Assembly (NCBI RefSeq): GCF_006345805.1
Contig: NC_043020.1
Location: forward strand, 9,176,001 to 9,240,000
Length of the DNA stretch: 64,000 nt
Origin: Octopus sinensis
Taxonomy: Eukaryota
Reading direction: 5' to 3'
Every line of letters begins with the position of its first letter. Within the stretch, counting starts at the first letter, position 1. Shown here in pieces: positions 22,250 to 36,800 of the stretch. The position numbers and the translations under genes are program-made. Under the pieces are notes generated by a model. The model did not search any database, had not been told where the DNA came from, and saw only the letters and a list, made by a program, of their open reading frames with translations.

Positions 22250-23859
22250 TGCCGGCATTTTTAAGGCTCCTTATGTTCTCAGTTCAAGTAAGGCCGAGGT
22301 CGATTCTGCCTTTCATCCTTTCGACGTCGATGAAATAAGTACCAGTTGAGCACTGGGGTCGATATAATTGACAAGTCCCCCAACATGTTAAACTGTAGGC
22401 CTTGTGACAAAATTTGAAACCATTTTCGTGACGATAGTGAAGGACGGGATGGTCGTAGTTAGAGCAGTTGCACTCAGGATTAACCTAGATATAAATGATA
22501 ACATTATTGTAAACGTGAGGAGGTGAATTAAAAACCTTGGCTGTGGTAAGTAGCTTGCTTACCAACCACATGGTTCCGGGCTCATTCCCACTGCGTGGCA
22601 CCTTGGGCAAGTGTCTTCTACTATAGCCTCGGGCCGACCAAAGCCTTGTGAGTGGATTTGGTAGACGGAAACTGAAAGAAGCCCGTCGTATATATATGTA
22701 TATATATATATGTGTGTTGTTCCCCAACATCGCTTGACAACCGATGCTGGTGTGTTTACGTCGGCAAAAGAAACCGATAGAATAAGTACTAGGCTTACAA
22801 AGAATAAGTCCTGGGGTCGATTTGCTCGACTAAAAGGTGGTGCTCCAGCATGGCCACACTCAAATGACTGAAACAAGTAAAGGAGTAAAAGAGATATTTC
22901 GATAGAAAAATAATAAATGACCGAAGGCACCTACGGGAGATAACTCTGCAATTATTTCTCGTTTTCTACTTTACATAGGTCATGGTGAACTATAGCGTCG
23001 TTACGTATAGATTTCTGACAGGCTAGTGGTGGTTCATTGTATTTCTAATTATAAGTATTACAATAGAATGTTGTAACTTTATACAGGACAAATACCGCAA
23101 GGGTATTCATCTAAAAGAAGTTCGTTTTGTTTTCCTACCAGTGTTTATATTATTCGGTAATATATATCAGTGAAATGTATACCACATACTGGGAAATGAA
23201 ATTCTCGACCACACAGTCATGCCTGTTGATAATAATAATGATAATGATCTCTCTCTCTCTATCTCTCTATTTATATAATACACACACGTAGATACATACA
23301 AATAAATCCTAATCTTTCAATGTCCTTCCACACCCTAGTGAACTTAAATACCCACTCACCCTATCCAATATTCAGTACCTTTTCACTTATATTCATGTCT
23401 CCTGTAACTTGAGAGTAGATCTTGACAGCTTCAGCACTCCAACCGAGTTTGCCATGTGTCTCCATTTCACCAAGGCATCTGTTCCTGTCCCTCTCTCATA
23501 TTTTAACCTTGCATCAATGGGCATAAAGTTACCTCTCTCAATGCTACTTGCCCCTCAGTTGAGGAGTTTTGACCAGTGACTTATTCAGTGACCTCACTGG
23601 TACCATACAAAAAACACCCTGAATATTCTGCACAATGTTTGGCATTAAAAACGGTATTGAATCATGCAAACCATTCTAAAGCAGACACTGGCCCTTGGTG
23701 CAGTCTTCTGGCTCACCAAATTTTGAACCACCCAAACGCTGCCCCCATAAAAAAACTGATGATGATGACGACGACGACGATGAAGATATACATATATATA
23801 TATAAAATCAAACCAAAATCAAACCAAATCAAAATAGATGAACATCAATGGAATTTGTA

Positions 23860-24760
23860 TCTTTGTGGTACCAGTGCCGGTGGCACATAAGAAAGCCATC
23901 CGAACGTGGCCATAGCCAGTACCGCATCGACTGGCCTCCGTGCTGTGGGCACGTAACAAACACCATCCGATCGTGGACGTTCGCCAGCCTCGTCTGGCAC
24001 CTGTGTCGGTGGCACATAAAAAACACCATCCAAGCGTGGCCGTCTGCCAGCCTCGTCTGGCACCTGTGTCGGTGGCACATAAAAAACACCATCCAAGCGT
24101 GGCCGTTCGCTAGCCTCGTCTGGCACCTGTGTTGGTGGCACATAAAAAACACCATCCAAGCGTGGCCGTCTGCCAGCCTCGTCTGGCACCTGTGTCGGTG
24201 GCACATAAAAACACCATCCGAGCATGGCCGTCTGCCAGCCTCGTCTGGCACCTGTGTCGGTGGCACATAAAAAACACCATCTGAGCGTGGCCGTCTGCCA
24301 GCCTCGTCTGGCACCTGTGTCGGTGGCACATAAAAAACACCATCTGAGCGTGGCCGTCTGCCAGCCTCGTCTGGCACCTGTGTCGGTGGCACATAAAAAA
24401 CACCATCTGAGCGTGGCCGTCTGCCAGCCTCGTCTGGCACCTGTGTCGGTGGCACATAAAAAACACCATCCGAGCGTGGTCGTCTGCCAGCCCTGTCTGG
24501 CACCTGGTCGGTGGCACATAAAAAACACCATCCGAGCGTGGCCGTTCGCCAGCCTCGTCTGGCACCTGTGTCGGTGACACATAAAATCACCCACTACACT
24601 CACGGAGTGGTTGGCGTTAGGAAGGGCATCCAGCTGTAGAAACACTGCCAGATAAGGCTGGAGCCTGGTGCAGCCTTCGGGCTCCCCAGACCCCAGTTGA
24701 ACCGTCCAACCCATGCTAGCATGGAAAGCGGACGTTAAACGGTGATGATGATGATGATGA
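23860..24760 (+). mobile_element. RTE-3'-derived element with a 63-bp unit expanded about 10 times (23975-24590)
   Basis: Unit ggccgtctgccagcctcgtctggcacctgtgtcggtggcacataaaaaacaccatctgagcgt, followed by the family 3' end and (GAT)n tail. Confidence 0.85.
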
Positions 24761-25200
24761 TATGCACATGCATGTGTGAGTGAGAGTTTGCATATGTTTT
24801 CCCACTGTAACCCTGAGAATAAAAACAGTGACAGAGTTAAGTGCTTATGTCCTTCTCTGTCAGAGGTGAAGAAGTTCAGTGGAGTATAAGAAGTGCTTGA
24901 AAAACAGGTCAAGGTTGGCAACAGGAAAGGCATCCAGCCTTAGAATATTGCTTCAGTAAGTCCAGCTTTGTCTGACCATGGCCAGCCGTGAGAAAGCAGA
25001 TTTAAAAGCAAAGATGATGCTGAAAGTACATATATATCCCCGTCACTTAGCGGTTCGGCAAAAGAGACCGATAGAATAAGTACTGGGCTTACAAAGAATA
25101 AGTCCCGGGGTCGATTTGCTCGACTAAAGGCGGTGCTCCAGCATGGCCGCAGTCAAATGACTGAAACAAGTAAAAGAGTAAAAGAGTAAAGAGTAATATA

Positions 25201-26160
25201 CAGGGTGCGTAAAATATTTGAGGACAGATTTAGGTTTATAAAAAAGCAGATACATAATAACAGATAATAACTTCATCATCATCATCATCATCATCGTTTA
25301 ACGTCCGCTTTCCATGCTAGCATGGGTTGGACCATTTTGACTGAGGGCTGGCGAGCCAGATGGCTGCACCAGGCTCCAATCTTGATCTGGCAAGAGTTTC
25401 TACAGCTGGATGCTCTTCCTAACGCCAAACTGTATTTATCAAAAAATGTTACAAGGATAAAAATAAACTTTCTTTTCTATAATGTTATTCAATAAAGCTA
25501 CCTTTAGCTTCAACAACTGCTTCTATATGAGATCTAAACCATCTTACATGCTCATATCAAGTAGTCCTGGTTCATTTTGGACATTACTCTGTCTATGGCA
25601 GCTTTCAAAGAATCTTTGGTGTTATGGGCATGTTCATTTACCTCTCTCTCTCTCAACAATACTCCACATGTAATAGTCCAATGGATTGATATATGGGGAA
25701 TTATGAGGCCAAATGTTAGGGGTTATGTGATCATGAAAATTTTCAGTCAACTATCCCTGTATTACTAGAGCCATGCATAATAGTGTAGAGTCTTACAGAA
25801 ACACATATGGCCTTACATTGCATACACTGACTATCCAGGGCTGAACAATTGTTTCTAGGACCTCAATGTAGGAGGTAGAGTTAACACTAAGGCTTTGTGG
25901 AAAGAGGTAAGAAGGCATTGCATTGTCTTCATTGTTGACGACCTCTAAAACCATAACAGTTGCAGGAAATTTTGCATGCATAACACTTGGAACTTCAGAA
26001 GGGTCTGCACATAACCATCTGTCATTTCTTCTGTTAACTTTTTGATCTTAGTTGAAGTTTTTCTCGTCTGGATTGCCGCATAGTTATATGTTTAATCTTG
26101 GCATACCTGTTGATGAAGGCTCCACCTAGCAAATTATATTATTTGCTAATATAGAGCTAG
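25201..26160 (-). mobile_element. Tc1/mariner maT(DD37D)-like transposase remnant with an RTE-end insertion (25272-25428)
   Basis: TA|CAGGGTG terminus at 25201; AKFPATVMVLEVV...YIEVLETIVQPW and decayed C-terminal motifs. Confidence 0.75.
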
Positions 26161-26321
26161 AAACCATGGTCCAGGAGATAGATGGTAAATGTTTTTATTT
26201 TTCATTCCCTTCGAGATTTGTCCCTAATAGTGGTTTGGATTTTGGCTATTCTTTCTAGCATGCTAGGTGTTTATGAGGACCTCTTATGTGTTTTACATGT
26301 ACACTGTATTTATATTTATAT

Positions 26322-26353
<32 letters not shown>

Positions 26354-26366
26354 ATATATATATATA

Positions 26367-27140
26367 CAGGGTGCAGTGAATAAACTGTTGTCTAAATTAC
26401 ACAAAAATGAAAATAACACTGACATCTCATTTTAACAGATACATTTACCAAAATTATATTAAGATATCTTGATATACTAAAGAGTAAATTTATTCAATAA
26501 AATCACCATTGGCTTCAACCACGGCCTCCAGACGACTTTGGAATCTCCTGCAACTCTTCTGGACGGTCTCCTTGTTTAAGTTGGTGAATGCTGCCATAAT
26601 CCTTGCCTTCAGTTCATCTTTGGTGTTACAAGGAATTTTGTTGGTCTCTCGCTCAACTGTACCCCACACATAATAATCAAAGGAGTTTAAAGTGTAGGGA
26701 GTAAGGTGACCAGATGTTAGGGGTGATGTAGTTGCAGAAATTATCTGACAGTCATGACTGGGTTCTTCTGTTTGTGTGGCATGGTGCAGAGTCTTGTTGC
26801 CAGACATAGGGTCTTCTAGCAGCTACCCTCTTGACCCAGGGCAGCACTACCTCTTGCAGGTACTTGACGTAGGCCTCCATGTTGAATCTGAGGCCATGTG
26901 GGAAGATGAATGGAGGCATAACTTCATCATCACTATTGATCACTCCAAACACCATGATGTTGATTGGATGTTTGATGTTTATCACTCTCGGTGCATCTCC
27001 TCAGATTGACAACCAAACACTCTGAAATGTTTGTATTGGAGCTTCTGGTGCAAATGCCAAGCAGTGTAGCATGTCATTTCAAAATTTCTGTCGGCGTGAA
27101 TTGTGTCATCATGCTCTGTTTTTCTCACTGACACTGCCAA
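26367..27140 (-). mobile_element. Second maT(DD37D)-like remnant
   Basis: TA|CAGGGTG at 26367; IMVFGVINSD..MPPFIF...WQQDSAPCHT and DYYVWGTVERE...RLEAVVEANGDFIE*. Confidence 0.82.
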
Positions 27141-28199
27141 AATAAGATGTTGTAAGAAGGAAAAAATGAAGGGAGAGGAGGAGAAAGAAAAATAAATGAC
27201 AATACCCGTTTTTTAATGCCAAACATTGTGCAGAATATTCAGGGTGCTTTTTGCATGGTACCAGTGAGGTCACCGAATAAGTCACTGGTCAAAACTCCTC
27301 AACTGAGGGGCAAGTAGCATTAAGAGAGATAGCTTTATGCCCATTGATGCAAGGTTAAAATATGAGAGAGGGACAGGAACAGATGCCTTGGTGAAATGGA
27401 GACACATGACAAACTCGGTTGGAGTGCTGAAGCTGTCAAGATCTACTCTCAAGTTACAGGAGACATGAATATAAGTGAAAACGAAGTAGGTGAGGATGAG
27501 TTGGAGAGAAAAACTGGGGTGAGTGGTGTTGCAGAAGTATAAAAATGGGATTATTGAACTAAGAAGGGTTGAAAGAGCAGAAGGTGGGGGAAAATGTTCA
27601 TTTACATTTATCAGTGCTATGGTTCTGAACTTGAAAACAAAAAATTTGCTTCTTTCATTTCCTTGAGAGTGCAGATCCTATTTGGAAACTCCATAAGAAC
27701 CAGCAATACACAACCAGGTACTTTCAAAAGCTCTCAGTAATGATGTAACAGCTGTCCCCGTATTGGTGGTGGAAGCACTCCGTCGGTTACGACGATGAGG
27801 GTTCCGGTTGATCCGATCAACAGAACAGCCTGCTCGTGAAATTAACGTGTAAGTGACTGAGCACTCCACAGACACGTGTACCCTTAACATAGCTCTCGGG
27901 AATATTCAGCGTGACACAGAGAGTGACAAGGCCGGCCCTTTGAAATACAGGTACAACAGTAACAGGAAGTAAGAGTGAGAGAAAGTTGTGGTGAAAGAGT
28001 ACAGCAGGGATCACCACCATCCCTGCCGGAGCATCGTGGAGCTTCAGGTGTTTTAGCTCAATAAACACTCACAACGCCCGGTCTGAGAATCGAAACTGCG
28101 ATCCTACGACCGCGAGTCCGCTGCCCTAACCACTCGGCCATTGCGCCTCCTGTCCCTATATTAACAACACCATGACCATCATTGGGCCTAAGTTACAAT

Positions 28200-28480
28200 A
28201 GCATATTTCTCACAGACCCTACTTCATGTCTTTCAACCTCATATGTTGTATCAGCTGCAAAATTTGTGTTGCATTTTACATTGGGCAAACAGGCCGCAGC
28301 CTTGCCAGTTGCTTTTGCAAATACATTCAAAGTGCATCACTACATCTACAAGCCAACTTGTTGCTACCTACTTTAACACAATGGACCATTCCATGCCCAG
28401 TCATCAGCATGTGGCATCTCTGCATATCTTTACATCAGTGTTCCACAAAGCTTTGTATTCTGCGGTTATTCTGAGAATTA
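28200..28480 (+). mobile_element. Penelope-like element GIY-YIG endonuclease remnant
   Basis: NLICCISCKICVAFYIGQTGRSL and, in a shifted frame, VATYFNTMDHS. Confidence 0.75.
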
Positions 28481-28854
28481 AAATATTAAGTGAATAAAAA
28501 TACATCTGTATTTTAAAATGCAACTTTTATCTTTATTCTTCCTATTTCTTGAGAAATTTATCACTCTTTGTGCATTTTAAATGGAGTGATGCTTCAGCAG
28601 TCATGCTATATGCTAAAGATAGCAGCTACATAATCCACAAAACCCACACCTAGTCTGAAACACGATTGTTGGCTGTTGTTTTAATTTGTCGGTTGAAAGA
28701 TATTTATGATTCCTTCTGTAGTCTGTTAAGCCCAAATGTTCTACAAATTTTAACAAAAAAAACAAAAAAACTTGTTTGTTGACAAAAAATGCCACATTTA
28801 TTTACAAAATCTCTTTATTTTTTATCATTTATGTTTTGCTTGTTTCAATCATGA

Positions 28855-29235
28855 AACTGCAACTTTGCATTGTTAGCAACATGATACACCTGCCTGGCAT
28901 AATAAGCTACTTAGTTAGCAACATGGCAAACCTCACATAACTAATTACCTTGTTAGCAGCACTTATACATCTTACAGACTAACTGCATTGTTAGCAACAA
29001 GACACATTTTGTATAACAAACTGTATTGTTAGCAACAAGACACATTTTGTATAACTAACTGCATTGTTAGCAACAGGATACACCTGGCATAATAAACTGC
29101 TTAGCAACATGGCAAACCTCGCATAACTAATTACCTTGTTAGCAACATTACACATCTTATATAACAAACTGCATTGTTAGCAACATGTCACATCTTACAT
29201 AGCAAACTTCAATGTGTTGCATTGTTAGCAATATA
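28855..29235. repeat. Degenerate minisatellite with ttgttagcaaca core
   Basis: Core recurs about every 40-50 bp. Confidence 0.75.
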
Positions 29236-30002
29236 CTAAAAGAACTGGATATCTTACAAAGGAAGTTGGCAGTTTCAAATACCAAACATTGTTTATTTAA
29301 ACAAATTTGTCACAGAGCAACAGGACAAAATCTCTCTGGAAGAAGAAGCCGGAGAAATGGGGAGGGAATCGGAATTTGAAACCTGACTCTCCGGGTCTCC
29401 TAACACTTTACAGGCCTCCTCTTTCTCCAAAACGGCCTGTTATCAGTTACAGAAAATCATTAACAAGTGCTTGTTTAGAGAATGTAGATGCAAGTGATCT
29501 TGCTTGTATATTTTCAGTTATGTTTGGATATACAAGCTTGTGTATATGTCGATATATATGTCTGTGCATGTATGTGTGTGTGTATATATATATATATATA
29601 TACACACACATATATATATATATGTATGTATATAATATATATATACATACATGCCTAGGCATTTTGGTACATATATACATACACACATATATACACACAC
29701 AGATATATGTACATACATGCACACACATAGGTATATGTACATACATATGTATGTATGTGTATATGTATATATGTATATATATATGTGTATACACACACAC
29801 ACAAACGCATGCACACCCCTCTGCACACATATACCCTTACTTACACACACAGACACGTGCACCCCCTCACATACACATACACACAACACACAACACACAC
29901 ACATACATGCATATATACATTTCATACAACTCCATGGTTCCTAAGCATTTGAAATTTGCAGTTTAATGTATTTTCCCACAGAAGAAATGTTTAAATTACA
30001 TG

Positions 30003-30052
<50 letters not shown>

Positions 30053-30959
30053 CACATGTATGCATTGCATTTACCAAAATAACAATGTGTGTATGTGTGT
30101 AGTGGGTATGAGAATAGTTGATGTAATAACATTGCTAATTTTAATTAAATTTAATTACACCGTTAATTATCAGAACAATCATTAGCTAAATTAAATGACT
30201 GAACCTAGTAAAAAAAACAAAACAAAAAAAAGCCATACTGATTGGACAACTTCTGAATCTTTTATTAATTAAAAATCAATTAATTATATCAAATGCATTT
30301 GGAGTGGAGGGACAAACACAGACACACACACACACACACACACACAATGGGCTTCTTTCAGTTTCCGTCTACCAAATCCACTTACAAAACTTTGGTTGGT
30401 TATAGTAGAAAACACTTGTCCAAGGTGCCACATAGTGGGACTGAAACTGGAACCATGTGGTTGGGAAGCAAGCTTCTTACCATACAGTCATGCCTATGCC
30501 TATGCCATCGATATTCTTCCCTGTGTTTGTGAAAGTTTTGTATCTCTGCCGTAAGGCTTCAATTCCACACACGCCATCTTAATTCGATTCGTCCTTAGTC
30601 GAAAGACACCTGTTGTTATGTCCTGTTATTTTTATTGTTTTTATATTTGTGTAACATTGTCCATTTTTTCCGTCCTTGTTTTTGTATACATTTGCTGCTT
30701 TCTTCCAAGGAATCTAATGCTCTTAGCTTAGTTTTTCCTTGGGGCTGGCCAGATTGGAGCAATCTCAAGAATAATCAGCTGAAATTGCGAGGATAATCTG
30801 GTGCTTGACTGAGGAAAGAAAACTTCGAATGACCCATCCTTGTTTTCTTTATATCGTCTATCTGGATGTTTTGTTGTCCCTTTTTGTATCACTTGACTAT
30901 CTGGATGCTTTGCGTTCTTGTCCCATTTTGTATTTTATATATAAATATATATATATATA

Positions 30960-31474
30960 CTAGCAGTATCGCCCGGCGTTGCTCGGGTTTGTAAGGGAAA
31001 TAACTATATAAGCATTTTTAGAGAGTTACTTCCCTTATAGATGCCAATTCGGGCTTTCTTAGCCATTTCTGTTTTGGTGTCTTCAAGCCATGAAGTCGTT
31101 GTTCTAAAAGAACGCTGGTCTCCTTGACAACGCTTTACGACGTTGATTTCCTTACACTTCCTCCCTTCCCCACAGCTTCACGAGGGAGGGAAGAAGGGGG
31201 AGAAGCAACAGGTGCAGGTGTGACCATGGACGCCAACTCCGCCGGCATCGACACACGAAAAATATGCATTAAAATGGAATAAAAAATGATGTTAAATTAT
31301 TTTTAAAATCGTAGACTCATCGTAGACGCGCGCAAATACTCAGACGGGCTCGATATGAATCACGACTATAAGATACCCGAATTTGGTTAAACTGCATCGC
31401 AAAATGTGGGAGTAGTTAGGAATCTAAATCGAAGGGGACAGACACTCACACAACTACAGTTTTATATATATAGA
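30960..31474 (-). mobile_element. Non-autonomous Helitron, copy 1
   Basis: On the minus strand: 5' TC(TA)n start, subterminal CCCGAGCAACGCCGGG hairpin, 3' CTAG, AT-rich insertion site. Confidence 0.82.
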
Positions 31475-32397
31475 TATATATATTATATTATATAGAGGGT
31501 ACTATTATTCATAGGTACTGCACGCTAGGAGGGACTTTTGTAGTCAAAACTACTAAAATAAACAAATTGTACCGAATGCAAAACTTCAAAGCAAGTCATT
31601 TAAAAACAGAATTTAGTTACATATCACCTGTGATTTCACAATCAATGCAGAATATGCATTCTATGCTCTTCAGTGCAACAAACTCAAGACATGTAAGGAA
31701 AAAACACAATATAGCATACCCGAGCAAATAAAAAAATGGGGAGGGTATAAAATCGATAGACATCAGCAGATAAACATTCCAGTATGTCTATTTATTCAAA
31801 TATATTGGATGAACACAGACATGTATGAGTGGTACAGATTAGCAATTGGAGAAAGTTGGTAATTGCATAAACAAGGGTGTGAATACATATAAGCATAGAG
31901 AAACAAATGAGAAACTGACCAAATTGGCAAAAAACTAAATGGATGTGCAGGTACCGGGCCACACCCATACCTGTGTGGGTGTGTATTCATCCAATCATCA
32001 TCATCATCATCATTTAGCGTCCGCCTTCCATGCTAGCATGGGTTGGACGGTTCAACTGGGGTCTGTGAAGCCAGAAGGCTGCATCAGGCCCAGTCTGATC
32101 TGGCAGTGTTTCTACGGCTGGATGCCCTTCCTAATGCCAACCACTCCGTTTGAATAAATAGATATACTTGAATGTTTACCGCCTGATGTCTGTCGATTTT
32201 ATATCCTCTCCATTTTCTTATTTGCCGTATAAATCAAGGGTAAACCACTTGTTTACCCCTACCCATATATAACACTCAACTGCAAGACTGCCATGCAATA
32301 ACTAGCTCTTGGGTATGAATATTCGGGTACACTACCAGCAGTAAATTGGATAGGTACTATCCCTTAGTTGGTTTCTCAACCTCTAACTCACACAGAA

Positions 32398-32464
<67 letters not shown>

Positions 32465-33505
32465 TACCCCCACCATTGCTTGACAACTGATGTTACTGTG
32501 TTTGCATTTCCATAACTTAGCGGTTCAGCAAAAGACACTGATAGAATAAGTACTAGGCTTACAAAGAATAAATCCTGTGGTTGATTTGTTCAACGAAAGG
32601 TGGTGCTCCAGTATGACCACAGTCACATGACAAACAAGTAAAGCAATAAAAAAACTATTCCATTTTAATCACAAGCAAGCCGAGTATCTCTGCTAGTATA
32701 TATATATATATATATATATATATAAGTTGAAGACGGGAAGGATGGCTTCCCTTTGCAAATACTGATAGGGCACAGAAAGTGTGTCTATGGCCAGCTGGAG
32801 GAACTGTCCTCCTGGGGCTACAAACTACAGTAGCATCCACCCTTAGGGGTTAGCCATATTTACATGGCAAATATATGTCACGATGTGTATATATATATAT
32901 GAATATGTATATATGTGTGTATATATATCCATTTGTGAGTGTGTGTTTATGAATGTGTATATGGATATCTATATGCTTAAGTTCTATGTGTATAATTCTA
33001 CTCATCCTAAATTTTTCTCTCTCTCTCTCTCCCTCTTTCTTCACTCACACATGCATGCACACACACACAAACATTCACATATATACATACATCATCATCA
33101 TCATCAACATCATCATTTAGCATCCATTTTCCCTGCTGGCATGGGTCAGACAGTTTGGCTGGAACTGATAAGCTAGAGAGCTGCACCTGCTTCCAATTGT
33201 ATGTTTTTGACATGGTTTCAATGGCTGGATGCCTTTCCTCATGCCAAACACTACCTAAAGTGTACCAGATGCCTTTAATGTATCACTGGCATTGGTGCAT
33301 TTCTACGGGTCACAGACACAGGTGCCTTTCCTGTGTCACCATCGCTGGCCACGACTACAATTTCACTTGGCTTGATGTGTTTTCTCAAGCATGGCAAATC
33401 GCCGACAGTCTCAGTGACTTGAGATTGTCATTGTCTCCATGAGACTCAACATTTCAAGATCAAATTTCACCACATCATCCCATGTCGCACTGGGTTTACC
33501 TCTTC

Positions 33506-33540
<35 letters not shown>

Positions 33541-34689
33541 TTATATAATGATATTGGAAATATATATACTGCATGTTAAACCTGATACTCACTAACAAGA
33601 CTACAGCAAATATTATAAACATCATAACTAATAACAAATTACTAAATAAAACAAATAAGAATTTTGTATGTGTTTTATATTTGTTTTATAAAATTATATT
33701 AGCATTTCATTATGTAAAAACAGATGGTGGGTGTTTAGTATTTTCTATCAAATTTCAAAGAAAATGCTGAGTTTGTCCTTGGCTTTGTAACCTTGTGCAT
33801 TTATGAATAGTTGTTTTAAATACCATATTCTTCACAAGCACTTACCATTCAAAGAGCAGATTTTAACATGTGCATATACACATGTATTTGTTTCTGCATG
33901 TGGGTATATATTTTTTTATTCTTTTACTTGTTTCAGTCATTTGACTGCAACCTTTGAGGGTTTTAGTCAAAGCAGTCAATCCCAGGACTTATTCTCTGTA
34001 AGCTTGGTACTTATTCTACTGGTCTCTTTTGCCGAACCATTGCGTTACGGGGATGTAAACACACCAACATCGGTTGTCAAGTGACAGTGAAGGAACAAAC
34101 ATAGACACAAACACACACACACACACACACACGCACACATATATACAACAGGTTTCTTTCAGTTTTCATTTACTGAATCCACTCACAAGGCTTTAATTGG
34201 CTCGAGGCTATAGTAGAAGACATGTGCCAAGGTACCACACAGAGTGACTGAACCTGGAACCATGTATTTGGGAAGCAAGCTTCTTAACACACAGCCACAC
34301 CTGTGCAAAAACATACACACACACACACACATGTGCGTTTGGGCTAAACCTGATGATTTTGTTGTCTCCTTTATTTTCAGGAAGATCTAGATGTATTGGT
34401 GAACAGAGTCAACAGCGTTGGAGAGCATAAAAGATTCAAGTCATAGTGGAGGAAAATTTAGCTGACGCAGAAGTCTGGGAGCTATCTGACACAAAACCAG
34501 AAACTTTGGAGAGGGGACTAACTCGATTACATCACCCACCCCCTAGTATGTAACTGGTACGTTTTTTATTGAGCCAGAAAGGATGAAAGGAAAAGTCAAC
34601 CTTGGCAGAATTTGAACTCAGAACGTAAGGATGGATGAAATGCCGCTAAGCGTTTTGCTAAGTGTGGTAATGGTTCTGCCAGCTCACCT

Positions 34690-35828
34690 GCCTTAAGCCC
34701 TCGGAATATTGGAAGGGCGAGACCTGTATCATGATTTGCATTGGGTGTCAAAATGGGGACATCATGACTGCTGATCAATGCTCTGTGATCCCTGTTAATG
34801 CTGTAAGGCATGACAAGGACATCATGAAAACCAAGTTCCCACAAACTGCGATGGTCTTTGTGGGTGTGTCTCCAGTGAGCGTGGCACCATGCGACACCTT
34901 TGAACACGGCTGGAAAGGGTTTGTTGCTGAAACATCATATCTGTGATAGAAGGATTCGACTCCTTCTATCACACAATAATGCGGTGAGCTGGCAGAAACG
35001 TTAGCAAGCCGGGCGAAATGCTTAGCGGTATTTCGTCTGCCGTTACGTTCTGAGTTCAAATTCCACCAAGGTCGACTTTGCCTTTCACCCTTTCGGGGTC
35101 AATAAATTAAGTACCAGTTACGCACTGGGGTCGATATAATCAACTTAATCCATTTGTCCCCTCTGTGTTTAGCCCCTTGTGGGTAATAAAGAAATAGGTA
35201 TTTTGTCTGCCGTTATTTTCTGAGTTCAAATTCCACCAAGGTCGATTTTGCCTTTCACCTTTTCGGGGTCAATAAATTAAGTAGCAGTTGCACACTAGGG
35301 TCGATGCAATCGACTTAATCCCTTTGTCTGTCCTTGTTTGTCCCTTCTATGTTTAGCTCCTTGTGGGCAATAAAGAAATAAGGATTTGACTCCTTGCTAT
35401 ACCTCTGGAAAAAGTGAGTCAGAAGTGTGGTTGTTGGAGAATTTCTATGACTTCACCAGCCCCAATTTCTGGCCTCCTAATTCTTCCAATTGCAATCCCA
35501 TGGATTACTATGTGTGGGGCACAGTTGAGAAAGACACCAACCACTCAGCCCTCAAAAACCTAGGCTGATCTGCTGATGGCCAAGATCAAGGTGGCTTTCA
35601 AAGATCTTCCCATGGATGCAGTGAGGAACACATGCTCCATTTTCTGGAGTTGTCTTGAAGCCATGGTGGAAGGTGAGAGCAGCTACTTTAAGTAAACTGT
35701 TGTCTCCCAGCCATAATCTTGTTGATATTTTTTTTTTATTTTTAAAAGAAGATCCTTTTGTTTCTGGGTGAGTTTTTGTGTTTTCTTTTCCTTTTAGGTA
35801 AACTGTCAAATTTAGCTCAAACACCCTG
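34690..35828 (+). mobile_element. Third maT-like remnant interrupted by two SINE copies
   Basis: KTKFPQTAMVF, WPPNSSNCNPMDYYVWGTVEKDT, terminus CACCCTG|TA at 35828. Confidence 0.75.
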
Positions 35829-36469
35829 TAAATGTATGCATGTATACATGTAGGTAGTGTATGCATGCAAGCATACATGTATGTATGTATGTATGTATTA
35901 TGAGAGAAGGAGAGGGAGAAGTGGGAAGTAGAGAGTTAAGGGTGATTGTTGTGGGAGGAGAGCTGAATTTGATATTTAATTTGGTTGTCATCTACAATAT
36001 GCTACTAAAATATATACACACCTAGTGCAAATTTGCCAAGGTAATCAAAGATTGAATGTGTCTAGACGAAACTGTCTTCAGGAACATACTTTTTTAAATG
36101 CAAAAATAACAATTAATCTTACAGTCTGGGGGGCTAACATGAAATAGAATAAAATATTAAAGTAAAAGTTGTCTAAGAAGGATAATTAAAAATTTGTTGA
36201 ATTAGAAAATTAAAATAGATGAAAGAAATAAGAAAATTAATAAAAATGCATGTGTGTGTATGTATGAGTGTGTGAATATATAAACAGACAAACATGCATG
36301 CATATAGATTATATATATTTATATGTATATATATATATATATATTATATATATATATATTATCATACATATATGAGTGTAAATTTATATATATATGTATG
36401 TATAATATATATATATGCATGTATGAACATATATATATGCATATGTATAAATATGAGTATATATGTATG

Positions 36470-36515
<46 letters not shown>

Positions 36516-36516
<1 letters not shown>

Positions 36517-36800
36517 AGTGGTGGACTGGCCAGGCTGCCAGCTTGCCTGATGGCAAGTGGGCCCTGTGCCATTAGAATCCATATATGAGGGTCCACGTTA
36601 GTATCTAAGGGGCCCATCCCCTCAAGTTTGAGAATTTTTTATTCACTCCTGGAAAGATGCATTGATTATTTCAGCCTGGTTTCGTTTGTAGACAGTTGAA
36701 AAGAATACAAAAAAAAAAGTTTTATGATAGCATTGTAGTTGTGGGTGGGCTTCCTTGTAGTCTCCTGGCAACCAATATTTTTAGACCCTGTCCGCCACTG
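36516..36800. mobile_element. hAT-like MITE
   Basis: TIRs cagtggtggactgg / cctgtccgccactg (12 of 14); perfect 8-bp TSD tatataaa. Confidence 0.75.

Noticed and set aside
23975-24590. CRISPR-like regular array
   Set aside because: The units are contiguous with no unique spacers, there are no cas genes, and the context is eukaryotic.
23829-24933. Long ORFs of 253 and 362 aa
   Set aside because: They are translations of the 63-bp tandem unit in an RTE-derived repeat, open in several frames at once.
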